Shown here in pieces: positions 48,617 through 58,783 of a DNA stretch of 64,000 nt. Each line of letters opens with the position of its first letter. Positions within the stretch are counted from its first letter, which is position 1. The position numbers and the translations under genes are program-made. The stretch comes from Lactobacillales bacterium (GTDB taxonomy: Bacteria; Bacillota_I; Bacilli_A; RF39; UBA660), in NCBI GenBank assembly GCA_015059545.1, contig SVAG01000002.1, positions 109,654-173,653 of the forward strand, given 5' to 3'. Under the pieces are notes generated by a model that saw only the letters and a program-made list of their open reading frames with translations, searched no databases and was not told the DNA's origin.

Positions 48617-49876
48617 TTATTTTAAATAGCTTTTGAATGTTTCTAATGAATCATATGCGAATATTGTTTTTCTTCTTAACATTAATCTATTTGTATTATA
48701 GTCACTATATCCTTCTGTATTTAATTGTCCAACAAATGCTAATCTAAATCCACTTTGTTTTAAAAGTGTGAATGCTCTATTATTCCAATCAAAGAAAGGA
48801 TAAGCAAAGTATTTAGAACCACCTAGCTTTTCTTGTGATAATTTTAAATCTTTTAATACTTTATCTTTATCTTCACAAAGTAATTGTCCTCCTTGTTCTC
48901 CACCTGGACATTTATAATTATTATGAAGACTATCTGTATGTGATTCAAAATTTACATATGTTGTTTCTATTTTATAAGCATCATATCTTCCTGTTATTAT
49001 AAAGTATGTTGCATATAATTTATATTTTTCTAGTATTTCAATTGCATTTTTAGCTAAATTACCATCATCCATTGTAATTACAACTGTTTTAGTTGGTATA
49101 TTTATTTTTTTATCTAAGAACATTTCTAATTCTTCCATTGTAAGTGTTAAATAGTTATTTTCACTTAAATATTTCATATGACTATCAAATTGACTATAAG
49201 GATGACATATTGCACTATTCCTACATTTTTCTCCTTCTTTAAATACAGCATGATATGTAAATGTTCTTATATTATTTCTTGTCTTTTCACTAGTATTTTT
49301 ATTATCTTTTAAACTTGCTTCTTTCTTTTTTACATATAATAAAGTATTATTGTATTCTACATAGTATTTATCTGTATCTTTTATAATTAAAGGTAAATCT
49401 ATACTTTTATTAATCTCATAAGCATAACCTTTATCATTATAAAATGTTGTTTTATCTTTTGTGGTTACATTTTTATTAAATAAAACATATCTTTTATATC
49501 TATCATTTATATTTAGTTTTTCTATTTTTTCTACATCACTATAATTAATATAATAATCTAAATTTTTTATTTTAAAATATTTTGTATTTTCATCTATTTT
49601 AGTTTCTTCTAATTCTAATTCTATATCTTTATTTATTTTTCCACTTTCTACATATTTTTCTTCTTTTAATTCAAATAATTTTGTTTCTTTATTTGTTTTT
49701 ACATATGTATTATAATGACTATTTATTTCTTTAATTTTATTTTCTATTTGAAGTCTAATTTCTTTTTCTTTTTCAATTCTTTGTTGTTCTTTTTTATCAG
49801 TATCTATTTTAATTCCAACTAAAATAGATGCAACTATTACTAACAAAATACCAATTACTAAAAACGCTTTTTTCAT
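48617..49876 (-). CDS. Polysaccharide deacetylase (NodB-homology) family protein, membrane-anchored
   Basis: The protein has an N-terminal TM segment, a linker domain and a C-terminal NodB-like region with VVITMDDGN. Confidence 0.6.
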   Translation of the reverse strand: MKKAFLVIGILLVIVASILVGIKIDTDKKEQQRIEKEKEIRLQIENKIKEINSHYNTYVKTNKETKLFELKEEKYVESGKINKDIELELEETKIDENTKYFKIKNLDYYINYSDVEKIEKLNINDRYKRYVLFNKNVTTKDKTTFYNDKGYAYEINKSIDLPLIIKDTDKYYVEYNNTLLYVKKKEASLKDNKNTSEKTRNNIRTFTYHAVFKEGEKCRNSAICHPYSQFDSHMKYLSENNYLTLTMEELEMFLDKKINIPTKTVVITMDDGNLAKNAIEILEKYKLYATYFIITGRYDAYKIETTYVNFESHTDSLHNNYKCPGGEQGGQLLCEDKDKVLKDLKLSQEKLGGSKYFAYPFFDWNNRAFTLLKQSGFRLAFVGQLNTEGYSDYNTNRLMLRRKTIFAYDSLETFKSYLK

Positions 49877-49916
49877 ATTTTCACCTATTTAAATTTTAAC
49901 ACATAATTGATTATTG

Positions 49917-50039
49917 TCAATTAAATATTTTCTTTTTTATTCTTATTATTTTTTCTTTTAAATTAGTATTATCTTTTAGTTTTTTTAATTCTTTTTTAGT
50001 CCAAAATTCTTTATTGTTATTATTAAATAATGTATTCAT
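49917..50039 (-). CDS. Possible 40-aa K-rich small ORF (MNTLFNNNNKEFWTKKELKK ...) with a GGAGG RBS
   Basis: This is a hand translation. The RBS GGAGGcagtATG is present. The ORF ends at the -35 of the deacetylase promoter (TTGACA, 16 nt, TGtTAAAAT). It is weakly supported. Confidence 0.25.
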   Translation of the reverse strand: MNTLFNNNNKEFWTKKELKKLKDNTNLKEKIIRIKKKIFN

Positions 50040-50074
50040 ACTGCCTCCTACTTATAACATACAATAAAAAATTT

Positions 50075-50098
50075 TTAAAATCCTTAAAAAAAGAATGA
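50075..50098 (-). terminator. Hairpin (aagaatgat-taa-atcattctt) plus T-run after the Trx-DsbD gene
   Basis: A 9-bp inverted repeat is visible in the sequence. Confidence 0.45.
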
Positions 50099-50110
50099 TT
50101 AAAATCATTC

Positions 50111-51370
50111 TTAAAAATTCATCATTATCCATTCTGGTTTAAACATCATAAGTAGTCCTACAATTAACATTATTATTCCACCTATTAAATGTGAATATTT
50201 ATTATATTTATTTGTCATTCCAGTAAGTTTTAATGTTACCATAGCAATTATAAATATAATTAAATCATCTAATAAATAAGCTAACATATAAAGACACATA
50301 TATAATGCATATAAAGGAGCTGATAACTCATTAAGTGCAAGTATTTGTGTAAATAAAAGTGGTAATCCTGCAGAACAAGCAAGCTCTACAAAATTAACTG
50401 AAACAGCAAGTGCCATAGCACCTAATATTGCTGGTATTAAACTTTTTTCTGTTGTGAATTTTTTTATTTTATTTATAATATTAACTCTTTTTTGTTTATC
50501 TACTACTTGACATCCTGCATCTTGTTTTCTTTCTTTATTAAAGCTTTTAAAGTTAACAAGTGCTCCTATCATTGCTACTATAGCTATTAAAATTTGAATA
50601 AATCTTATTTGACTAAATTGTAATGATACTGTTAACCATGCTGTCATAAATAATAAATATATTAAAGCAGATGTAAGTAAGAATGATATTCCTATTGCCC
50701 ACATTCTTTTTCTATTTTTCATTCCTAGTAACATACTTATTAAGAATACTAATACCCACATAGCACATGGATTAAATCCATCTACAAGTCCTATTGAAAC
50801 AGCAATAAGTGGCAGTGAAAAGTTTTTAACATCTACTTTTCCTAAAAGAGGCAAAGTCATTTTTGAATCATTTTCTTCTAATGTTTCACCTTTTTCTTTT
50901 GCTTCTTTCTTAGCTTGTTCTTTTTCTTCTTTTAATTTTTCATTAGCAACAAGTACTTCTTCTCTTAAACTTTTATCTTGTTTTATTACTTCTCCTACTA
51001 AATCATAGCATTCATATTTAGAACATTCTTCAACATATTTTTCTATTTTATTACTAGTATCTTCATTAAACCCTACTAAACTGTTAGTTCCAATAACTGT
51101 GTATGGAATATATTGATTTTTATCATTTAATGATTCATCTACTAATTCAAATATATGTGAATTATTTCCTTCACTTACTTCATATTTATAAATTTTTAAA
51201 TTGTCATATTTTTTTTCAAGTTTCTTTAAATACTCTTTTTCTCTAGCACAATGTGGACAAGTAGAACTATAGAATAAATATAATTTTACTTTATTTTCTT
51301 TTGCTTGTACACTAGGTATAAAAAGTAAACTTATTAAAAATATTATTAATATATTTTTTAATTTTTTCAT
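50111..51370 (-). CDS. Fusion protein: secreted thioredoxin-like domain (CPHC) plus DsbD/CcdA-type transmembrane thiol-disulfide transporter domain
   Basis: The protein has a signal peptide, then YSSTCPHCAREKEYL. The C-terminal ~220 aa are multi-TM and carry the CcdA-like motif GLVDGFNPCAMWVLVFL. Confidence 0.65.
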   Translation of the reverse strand: MKKLKNILIIFLISLLFIPSVQAKENKVKLYLFYSSTCPHCAREKEYLKKLEKKYDNLKIYKYEVSEGNNSHIFELVDESLNDKNQYIPYTVIGTNSLVGFNEDTSNKIEKYVEECSKYECYDLVGEVIKQDKSLREEVLVANEKLKEEKEQAKKEAKEKGETLEENDSKMTLPLLGKVDVKNFSLPLIAVSIGLVDGFNPCAMWVLVFLISMLLGMKNRKRMWAIGISFLLTSALIYLLFMTAWLTVSLQFSQIRFIQILIAIVAMIGALVNFKSFNKERKQDAGCQVVDKQKRVNIINKIKKFTTEKSLIPAILGAMALAVSVNFVELACSAGLPLLFTQILALNELSAPLYALYMCLYMLAYLLDDLIIFIIAMVTLKLTGMTNKYNKYSHLIGGIIMLIVGLLMMFKPEWIMMNF

Positions 51371-51374
51371 TTTA

Positions 51375-51632
51375 TCAACATCCTAATTCCTCTAATACTT
51401 TTTTTATTTCTTTTTTTCTTTTTTCTCCTATTATACGAGTTACTTCTTTATTGTCTTTATAAACTATAATAACTGGTAATATATTTCCTACATTATATTC
51501 TTCTATTTGATCTGTATCATAGTCTAATTCTTCATATTCAAATTCTTTATATTCTTCTTTTATTTCATTAAAATCGTTATATGTTAGTATACAGCTTGTA
51601 CACCATATAGCGCTTATTCTGACTAATTTCAT
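51375..51632 (-). CDS. Small thioredoxin-like protein (WCTSC)
   Basis: The protein is 85 aa with a CxxC motif in a thioredoxin-like context. It is immediately upstream of the Trx-DsbD fusion. Confidence 0.55.
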   Translation of the reverse strand: MKLVRISAIWCTSCILTYNDFNEIKEEYKEFEYEELDYDTDQIEEYNVGNILPVIIVYKDNKEVTRIIGEKRKKEIKKVLEELGC

Positions 51633-51685
51633 GATATCACCTACTAAATTATACCATTAAATCATTATTTAAACAATAAAAAAAG

Positions 51686-52039
51686 CTATGCAGCTTCTTT
51701 TATTTTCATAAACCCCTTTTTCTTTTCTACTAAATTAAATTCTCCTGTATATCTAATATTTAAGTTGTGGAAATATGGTTCATACAATATGGATTCTATA
51801 TAACATTCTTTCTTTTTCATATATTCCTTTATAATATTAGATATTTTACCTTCATTAATAGTTTCTGATACTGTAATCATTTTTTTATTTAATCTTGATT
51901 TTTTCTTTATTACCATTAATAAATCATTATTTTCTAATTTAGTTTTTACTTCTATGTTTACCATATTAGAATAGTATTCTTCGTAATATTTTTTTACTAT
52001 ATTACTTGCCGTAAACCTTGATATATTTATTTCATTCAT
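51686..52039 (-). CDS. Hypothetical protein
   Basis: The ORF encodes 117 aa. Confidence 0.35.
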   Translation of the reverse strand: MNEINISRFTASNIVKKYYEEYYSNMVNIEVKTKLENNDLLMVIKKKSRLNKKMITVSETINEGKISNIIKEYMKKKECYIESILYEPYFHNLNIRYTGEFNLVEKKKGFMKIKEAA

Positions 52040-52147
52040 ATTGCAACCCCCTTTTCAATACGAATGGTGTTTATTATACACATTATTTTTTATTTGTCAA
52101 CACTTTTTAATAAAAAAAACGAAAAAATGTTCTTAAAATTAAAAAAA

Positions 52148-53269
52148 TTAATGTTTTATCATTAATTTTTCATAACATTTACTAAATGCATCTATAAATT
52201 TATCTATTTCTTCTTTTGTAGTTAAATTAGATAAACTTATTCTTATACTATATTTTGATACTTCTTCATCTTTTGTAAGTTCTAGTACTGCTCTACTTAC
52301 TGGATTATTTGTAGAACAAGCGCTTTGTGTTGATATATATATATCATATTCTTCTAATGCATGTTGCATAGTTTCAGGTTTAATTCCAATAACACTTAAA
52401 TTAAGTATGTGTGGTATTGAGTTTTCATTACTATTTATTGTCACTTTATCAAACTCTTTTAATTTTTCTTTTGTATATTCATTTAATTCTTTTATATACT
52501 TATATTTATTATCTAAATCTGTTAAAGCTAGTCTTAGAGCTTTTGATAAAGATGCGATTAATGGAAGAGCTGGTGTTCCACTTCTATATACAGTAGTTGA
52601 TTTACCACCATGAATAAGTGGTTCTAATGTTATTTCTTTTTTCTTTATTAAAGCGCCTATTCCTTTAAGCCCATAAAATTTATGTGCTGAAAAACTTACT
52701 AAGTCTATATTATCTAAATTTATATTTACTTTTCCTATACTTTGAGTCATATCTACGTGAAAAAAACATTTTTTATCTTTTAAAAGGTTAGCTATTTCTT
52801 CTATATTTTGTAGTATTCCTGTTTCACTATTAACTGATGCGATTGTTACTAAAACAGTATCTTCTTTTAATAATTTTTTTAAATCTTCTATATCTACTAA
52901 ACCATTATTTGTTTTTACAAAATCAACTGTATATCCTAATTTTTGTAAATAACCAATTGGACCATATATTGAAGAATGTTCTAAATTTGTTGTTATTATA
53001 TGTTTCCCTATTCCTTGATGTTTTAAACAAGTTCCTTTTATAGCCATATTATTTGATTCACTAGATCCTGATGTATATATTACTTCATGATCATCTAATT
53101 TTAATAAATCTTTTATTTGTTTAGTAGCACTTTCTTCTAATTTTTTTGATTCTACTCCTAATTTATGTAATGAATTAGTATTTCCTACAAAATCTAATGA
53201 TACTTTATTAAATGTATCTAATACATCTTTACTTACAGGAGTTGTTGCTGAATAATCTAAATATATCAT
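52148..53269 (-). CDS. Cysteine desulfurase (NifS/IscS class V aminotransferase family)
   Basis: The N-terminus is MIYLDYSATTPVSKDVLDTF, and the PLP-lysine region is FSAHKFYGLKG. Confidence 0.8.
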   Translation of the reverse strand: MIYLDYSATTPVSKDVLDTFNKVSLDFVGNTNSLHKLGVESKKLEESATKQIKDLLKLDDHEVIYTSGSSESNNMAIKGTCLKHQGIGKHIITTNLEHSSIYGPIGYLQKLGYTVDFVKTNNGLVDIEDLKKLLKEDTVLVTIASVNSETGILQNIEEIANLLKDKKCFFHVDMTQSIGKVNINLDNIDLVSFSAHKFYGLKGIGALIKKKEITLEPLIHGGKSTTVYRSGTPALPLIASLSKALRLALTDLDNKYKYIKELNEYTKEKLKEFDKVTINSNENSIPHILNLSVIGIKPETMQHALEEYDIYISTQSACSTNNPVSRAVLELTKDEEVSKYSIRISLSNLTTKEEIDKFIDAFSKCYEKLMIKH

Positions 53270-53315
53270 TTTATCACCTATTTAATTATACCACTTATAA
53301 AAAAAAAAGAAAATA

Positions 53316-53747
53316 TTATTTTCTTTTTGGTTTTTTTATTGTTTTTTGTTTAAATTGAGTTAATTTTGTTCTTAAAAATTCTCTATTTTCTTCTGTTAAC
53401 TCATCTGTATATCTTTCTACTTCTTCTATACTTGCAAGTCTTAAATTTAAACATTTTGGTGAGATAGTAAATTCAACTTCACTAAATGGTTCGACTAATT
53501 TATGTCCTTGTTGTTTGAATAAAATATAAGTAGGTGCGCCTAAAATTTGAAATTGTCTTTCTATATCTGAATTAATTTTATCTATTTTTTCTTTTGCGAT
53601 TCCTGATATAGGTTTTTCTGCTTTATTTGTTATAGACCATATTAAACTAAATTCATCTTTTATTTCTGGGTACATTTCATATAGAAAATCATATTCTTCA
53701 CCATTTTCTATAACAACCATGTCGTTTATCCATAATAAATAATTCAT
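53316..53747 (-). CDS. Hypothetical protein
   Basis: The ORF encodes 143 aa. Confidence 0.35.
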   Translation of the reverse strand: MNYLLWINDMVVIENGEEYDFLYEMYPEIKDEFSLIWSITNKAEKPISGIAKEKIDKINSDIERQFQILGAPTYILFKQQGHKLVEPFSEVEFTISPKCLNLRLASIEEVERYTDELTEENREFLRTKLTQFKQKTIKKPKRK

Positions 53748-53758
53748 ATAATCACTCC

Positions 53759-54622
53759 TTAAAACATTTTATCGGGTTTAATTTTTCCTTCTTCTTTTTG
53801 ATAATTTTTATAAGCAGCAAGTATTTTACCATTTTTCTTAAATAAAATCAAATCTTTTCCATATCTATTTTCTAGAATGCATCCATTTTTTATTTTCTTT
53901 TCTAAATACTCATCTACTTCTACTGTATAAATGTCTTTTAAGGCTTCTTCTTTAGAGATAAATTTATAATTATTATTTTTTATATCTTCTAATGTATAAC
54001 AATCTTTTAAATTAAAATTACCTTGTTTTGTTCTATTTAAATTTTTCATTGTACCTATTGTATTTAGTGAAGATGAAATATCTTCTATTAAACTTCTTAT
54101 ATAGGTACCTTTACTAACTAGTGTTCTTATTTTAAATATTGTTTTATTATTATCATAAGTTATATTACTTATTAGTTCTAATTCTTTAATATCTACTTTT
54201 CTTTTTGGAAGTTCTACTTCTTCATTATTTCTAGCATATTCATATAATTTTTTACCATTTATTTTAACAGCAGAATATATAGGCACAGTTTGTTCATATT
54301 CTTTGGTCATTTCTATTAATACTTTTTCTATTTCTTCTTGTGTTAATTTTATATTTTCTTCTTTTAAGATATTACCTGTAATATCACCAGTATCTGTTTT
54401 GATTCCTAGTATTATTTCTGCTTCATATTCTTTATATGTTGATGTTAAATATTCTACTAACTTTGTGGAACTACCTACACATATTACAAGCACTCCTGTA
54501 GCTAGTGGATCAAGGGTTCCAGTGTGTCCTACTTTTTTTGTTTTTAACTCTTTAGAAATAATATTTACTACATCTCTACTTGTATAATTTTTTTCTTTAT
54601 TTATAAGTAAGATTCCATCCAT
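53759..54622 (-). CDS. truB: tRNA pseudouridine55 synthase
   Basis: The N-terminus is MDGILLINKEKNYTSRDVV ... VGHTGTLDPLATGVL. Confidence 0.9.
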   Translation of the reverse strand: MDGILLINKEKNYTSRDVVNIISKELKTKKVGHTGTLDPLATGVLVICVGSSTKLVEYLTSTYKEYEAEIILGIKTDTGDITGNILKEENIKLTQEEIEKVLIEMTKEYEQTVPIYSAVKINGKKLYEYARNNEEVELPKRKVDIKELELISNITYDNNKTIFKIRTLVSKGTYIRSLIEDISSSLNTIGTMKNLNRTKQGNFNLKDCYTLEDIKNNNYKFISKEEALKDIYTVEVDEYLEKKIKNGCILENRYGKDLILFKKNGKILAAYKNYQKEEGKIKPDKMF

Positions 54623-54623
54623 A

Positions 54624-55901
54624 TTAAACCTCTTTATATTCGAATTCTATATCAAGTATTCTTACTGTATCTCCGTCATTAGCACCTAATTCTTTTAATT
54701 TATCATCTATTCCCATACGTCTTAATTTATTTGAAAATCTTAAAGCTGCTTCATCTGTTGTGAATCTTGTCATTCTATATAGTTTTTCTACTTGGTCACC
54801 TTTAATTACCCATACACCATTTTCATTTTCAATTGTAAATGGTTGCTCTTTTTTGAATTTATATAAGATATGACTTTCAAATTTTTCTTCTTCATATAAT
54901 GGTTTTTTCTCTATTTTATCTAACATATTTGATAATTCAATTAATACTTCTTTTAACCCTGTTCCTGTTATAGCACATATTGGGAATACTTTTACATCTT
55001 TTACTTTTTCTTTGAATTTTTTTAAGTTTTCTTCAGACCCTTCTATATCCATTTTACTAGCAACTACTATTTGTGGTTTTTCAATTACTTTTTTATCAAA
55101 GTTTTCTAATTCTTTATTAATTGTTAAATAATCTTCATAAGGATCTCTTCCTTCAAATCCACTCATATCAATTACATGTGCGATTACTCTTGTTCTTTCA
55201 ATATGTTTTAAGAATCTATCTCCAAGTCCTTCTCCTAAACTAGCTCCTTCTATAAGTCCTGGTAAGTCAGCAACTACAAATGATTTATTTGTTGGTGCTT
55301 GTACTACTCCAAGATTTGGTGTTAGTGTTGTGAAGTGATAAGCAGCTATTTTTGGCTTAGATGCTGATATTTTAGATATTAATGTTGATTTACCTACACT
55401 AGGCATTCCAACTAATCCTACATCTGCTAAAAGTTTAAGTTCAACTTTTACTTTTTTGATTTCACCAGGTTCACCATTTTCTGCATATGCTGGAGCTGGA
55501 TTTGCACGTGTTGCAAAAGCCATATTTCCTCTTCCTCCACGTCCTCCATATGCAACTACTACTTGATCTCCTTTTTTAGTTAAATCCGCTATAATTAAAT
55601 TTGTTTCAGTATCTGTTATAACTGTTCCCATTGGAACTTTTATTACGATATCTTTAGCATTTGCTCCATGTTTAGCGCTACCTTGTCCATTTGTTCCTTT
55701 AGATCCTTTAATTATTTTTTTATATCTTAAGTCTATTAAAGTATTTAATCCTTCATCTACTTCAAAAATGATGTCACTACCTTTTCCACCATTTCCTCCA
55801 AATGGTCCTCCCATAGGAACATATTTTTCTCTTTTAAATGCCATACAACCGTCTCCACCGTTACCAGCATATAATTCAACTATTACTTCATCTATAAACA
55901 T
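54624..55901 (-). CDS. obg: GTPase Obg
   Basis: The Obg fold N-terminus is MFIDEVIVELYAGNGGDGCMAFKREKYVPMGGP. The G domain has GMPSVGKST, and a C-terminal OCT domain follows. Confidence 0.9.
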   Translation of the reverse strand: MFIDEVIVELYAGNGGDGCMAFKREKYVPMGGPFGGNGGKGSDIIFEVDEGLNTLIDLRYKKIIKGSKGTNGQGSAKHGANAKDIVIKVPMGTVITDTETNLIIADLTKKGDQVVVAYGGRGGRGNMAFATRANPAPAYAENGEPGEIKKVKVELKLLADVGLVGMPSVGKSTLISKISASKPKIAAYHFTTLTPNLGVVQAPTNKSFVVADLPGLIEGASLGEGLGDRFLKHIERTRVIAHVIDMSGFEGRDPYEDYLTINKELENFDKKVIEKPQIVVASKMDIEGSEENLKKFKEKVKDVKVFPICAITGTGLKEVLIELSNMLDKIEKKPLYEEEKFESHILYKFKKEQPFTIENENGVWVIKGDQVEKLYRMTRFTTDEAALRFSNKLRRMGIDDKLKELGANDGDTVRILDIEFEYKEV

Positions 55902-55971
55902 AGTATCACCCTTTTCTATGTAGTATTATACACGATAAAGAACAAAAATAAAAGGTTTATTTACCTTTTAT

Positions 55972-56952
55972 TTATCTTCCAAATCCTACTTTATTTCTAA
56001 CTTCTTCATATTTTATTTTAGCTAGTTCATTCATTTTATTAATTCCTTTATCTAATACTTCATCTATTAAATTAGAATTAATTATTTCATTATATTTATT
56101 TTGAATAATCATTAATTTTTCTACTACTATATCTGCTACTTCTTTTTTTAAATTTCCATAATTATAATCTTTGAAATATTCTTCTGTTTCTTTTATACTT
56201 ATATTTTTTAATGCTGAATATATAGTAAGTAAATTAGATATACCTGGTTTATTTTCTACATCATAATATACTTTACCTTCACTATCTGTTACAGCACTCA
56301 TTATTTTTTTTCTAATAACTTCTTCTGGATCTAATAATAATATTGTTCCTTTATAACTATCACTTGATTTACTCATTTTTTTAGTTGGTTCTTGTAAATC
56401 TTTTATTTTAGCTCCAATTTCAGGAATCATTGGTTCTGGTAGTTTGAATGTTTCTCCATATTTATTATTAAAACGTATAGCTAAATTACGTGCTAATTCA
56501 ACATGTTGTTTTTGATCAATACCTGTTGGAACTAAATCTGCATCATATAGTAATATATCTGATGCCATAAGTATTGGATATGTAAAAAGTCCCACTGATA
56601 TATTTTCTTTATTTTTACTTTTTTCTTTAAATTGTGTCATTCTTGATGCTTCTCCTATATATGTATGACATTCTAATATCCATGATAAATTTGCATGATA
56701 TAAATTTTCTGATTGAATATAAAATGTATTTTTATTTGGATCTAATCCACATGCTATATAAAGAGCAACATTTTTTCTTATTCTTTCTTTTAGTAAAATA
56801 GGATCTTGTTCTACTGTTATTGCATGCATATCAGGTACAAATATATATGAATCATATATATCTTGATTTTTTACGCTTCCACTAATTCCACCTATTAAAC
56901 TACCTAGTGTTAATTCTCCACTTGGTTGTAATCCTGTTAATAATTTTTTCAT
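55972..56952 (-). CDS. trpS: Tryptophan--tRNA ligase
   Basis: The N-terminus has TGLQPSGELTLGSLIG, and the KMSKS motif is KKMSKSS. Confidence 0.9.
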   Translation of the reverse strand: MKKLLTGLQPSGELTLGSLIGGISGSVKNQDIYDSYIFVPDMHAITVEQDPILLKERIRKNVALYIACGLDPNKNTFYIQSENLYHANLSWILECHTYIGEASRMTQFKEKSKNKENISVGLFTYPILMASDILLYDADLVPTGIDQKQHVELARNLAIRFNNKYGETFKLPEPMIPEIGAKIKDLQEPTKKMSKSSDSYKGTILLLDPEEVIRKKIMSAVTDSEGKVYYDVENKPGISNLLTIYSALKNISIKETEEYFKDYNYGNLKKEVADIVVEKLMIIQNKYNEIINSNLIDEVLDKGINKMNELAKIKYEEVRNKVGFGR

Positions 56953-56974
56953 ACTATCTCTTCTTTCGTTATAT

Positions 56975-57000
56975 ATACTAAATTATAACATAAAATAAGA
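56975..57000 (-). promoter_or_regulatory. Extended -10 promoter (TGtTATAAT) for trpS; no T-box leader
   Basis: The -10 is the complement of 56982-56990. It lies only ~30 nt upstream of the trpS ATG. Confidence 0.4.
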
Positions 57001-57005
57001 GATTT

Positions 57006-57284
57006 TTATATAGTAAATACATTAAAAATTAATCCACTTATAATTAAAATTATCAAAATAAATATATAAGTTGATATTTCTGTAGTATCATTTGAATATT
57101 TAGTACCTTCTCTATAGATTTCATCTCTTTTTAAAACATTTCTTCCATAGTCTTCACTATATTCATTACAACAACCATTTCCATTAACATAGGTTTTCAT
57201 CTTTGTACAATAGTATTTACAGCCTAATTGTTTTCCTTCTTTTTTATCATTTTCTTTTAGATATTTACAACTTGAACATCCCAT
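57006..57284 (-). CDS. Small cysteine-rich protein (8 Cys in the first 40 aa) with a C-terminal TM anchor
   Basis: The N-terminus is MGCSSCKYLKENDKKEGKQLGCKYYCTKMKTYVNGNGCCNEY, and the C-terminus is a hydrophobic helix. A strong GAGGGGGA RBS lies 6 nt upstream. The gene has its own upstream terminator. Confidence 0.5.
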   Translation of the reverse strand: MGCSSCKYLKENDKKEGKQLGCKYYCTKMKTYVNGNGCCNEYSEDYGRNVLKRDEIYREGTKYSNDTTEISTYIFILIILIISGLIFNVFTI

Positions 57285-57334
57285 ATTTATCCCCCTCTTC
57301 AGGATAAATATATCACTCTAGTTAACTGGAGAGT

Positions 57335-57362
57335 CAATAATAAAAAGAATACTTTTTGTATT
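57335..57362. terminator. Bidirectional rho-independent terminator (aagaatac-ttttt-gtattctt) flanked by A-run and T-run
   Basis: A perfect 8-bp inverted repeat is visible in the sequence. Confidence 0.55.
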
Positions 57363-57366
57363 CTTT

Positions 57367-57801
57367 TTATTTTTTTATTATTTTATCTATCTTTACTTTT
57401 ACTTTTTCTTTTTTTTCTATTTTACTAACTTTTACATGTCCTAACTCTTTTTTATAATATGGTTTAACTTTATCTACCCATATGCTTCCTAAACCATTTA
57501 CATGAGTATATAAAATAGAATCTTCTAAAGATGTTCCTTCATAATTTTTAATGTTATTTTGTTTTAAATAATCTAATAATGATTCAAATGATCTTAAATT
57601 TATATATCCTACTGGATTATCACTTACTTTAACTAAGATAACATTTTCTGCATATATTTCTGAATTATAAACTACATAACTTGGTTGTCCATTGATATCA
57701 ACTTCTCTATATTTAGTACATCTTTTAATATTACCAATAAATATATTTTTTTTATTTACTTTTGTAGATAGTTTATTTATTTCTAATTCTCCTATTTTCA
57801 T
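57367..57801 (-). CDS. Hypothetical protein
   Basis: The ORF encodes 144 aa. Confidence 0.35.
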   Translation of the reverse strand: MKIGELEINKLSTKVNKKNIFIGNIKRCTKYREVDINGQPSYVVYNSEIYAENVILVKVSDNPVGYINLRSFESLLDYLKQNNIKNYEGTSLEDSILYTHVNGLGSIWVDKVKPYYKKELGHVKVSKIEKKEKVKVKIDKIIKK

Positions 57802-57879
57802 AAATTTCTCCCCTTATGCGAAATATATTATATATTAATTATTTTTAAATTGCAAGAAAAAAGTTAGAAATAATTCTAA

Positions 57880-58167
57880 CTATACTTCTGGATAAACACT
57901 AACTTGTTTTTTATCTCTTCCGCGTCTTTCAAATTTAACAATTCCGTCTACTTTAGCATATATAGTATCGTCACTTCCGATTCCTACATTAGTACCTGGA
58001 TAAATTTTAGTTCCACGTTGACGATATATAATTGATCCACCAGTAACAAATTCACCATCTGCTGCTTTAGCACCTAATCTCTTAGATTCTGAATCACGAC
58101 CGTTTTTAGTTGAACCTTGTCCTTTTTTATGAGCGAAAAGTTGGATATCTAAAAATAATAATTTCAT
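57880..58167 (-). CDS. rpmA: 50S ribosomal protein L27 with an N-terminal propeptide
   Basis: The propeptide [11 protein letters not shown] is followed by [15 protein letters not shown] ..., which gives a Prp cleavage site before AHKKG. Confidence 0.9.
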   Translation of the reverse strand: MKLLFLDIQLFAHKKGQGSTKNGRDSESKRLGAKAADGEFVTGGSIIYRQRGTKIYPGTNVGIGSDDTIYAKVDGIVKFERRGRDKKQVSVYPEV

Positions 58168-58178
58168 GAGATTACCTC

Positions 58179-58484
58179 CTATTCATAAATTTCTATATTT
58201 TTTTTATAATCTTTTTCCAATTCTTTTAATAAAGATATCATGTTATCTATTAAGATATCTATATATTTATCATGTTTTTTTATACTTACTTCTATGAATC
58301 CCTCATCTTGCTTATAATCGATTGAATCTTCATCAATTCTGATTATTGCATTCAAAGAAGTAATTACTATACTACTTACACTTGCACATACAATATCTGT
58401 ACCTTTAACACCGTATCCTGCATGTCCTTCTACTTTAACATTAGTAATAATGTTATTTTCTTTTTTTATACTTACTTTAATCAT
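58179..58484 (-). CDS. prp: Ribosomal-processing cysteine protease Prp (YsxB/DUF464)
   Basis: The motif is [19 protein letters not shown]. The gene lies between rplU and rpmA. Confidence 0.8.
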   Translation of the reverse strand: MIKVSIKKENNIITNVKVEGHAGYGVKGTDIVCASVSSIVITSLNAIIRIDEDSIDYKQDEGFIEVSIKKHDKYIDILIDNMISLLKELEKDYKKNIEIYE

Positions 58485-58783
58485 TATGCACTAATTTTTG
58501 TAATTTCAACTTTAGTATATGGTTGACGATGTCCTTGCATTTTACGATATTTTTTCTTAGCATTGTATTTGTATACAAGTACTTTCTTTTGTTTACCGTG
58601 TTTTACAACTTTACCTACTACTTTAGCTCCTTTAACATATGGACGTCCTGTAACTCCATTAGCCATAAGAACTTTATCAAAAGAAACTTCTGAATCTTTT
58701 TCTACATCTAATTTTTCAATGTATAAAACTGTTCCTTCTTCTACATAGTATTGTTTTCCACCTGTTTCAATAATAGCTTTCAT
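58484..58783 (-). CDS. rplU: 50S ribosomal protein L21
   Basis: The N-terminus is [25 protein letters not shown], and the C-terminus has [10 protein letters not shown]. Confidence 0.9.
   Translation of the reverse strand: MKAIIETGGKQYYVEEGTVLYIEKLDVEKDSEVSFDKVLMANGVTGRPYVKGAKVVGKVVKHGKQKKVLVYKYNAKKKYRKMQGHRQPYTKVEITKISA

Noticed and set aside
56953-57005. An expected T-box leader upstream of trpS.
   Set aside because: The intergenic region is only 53 nt and contains just an extended -10 promoter and the RBS. There is no room for a T-box, and no T-box sequence is present.
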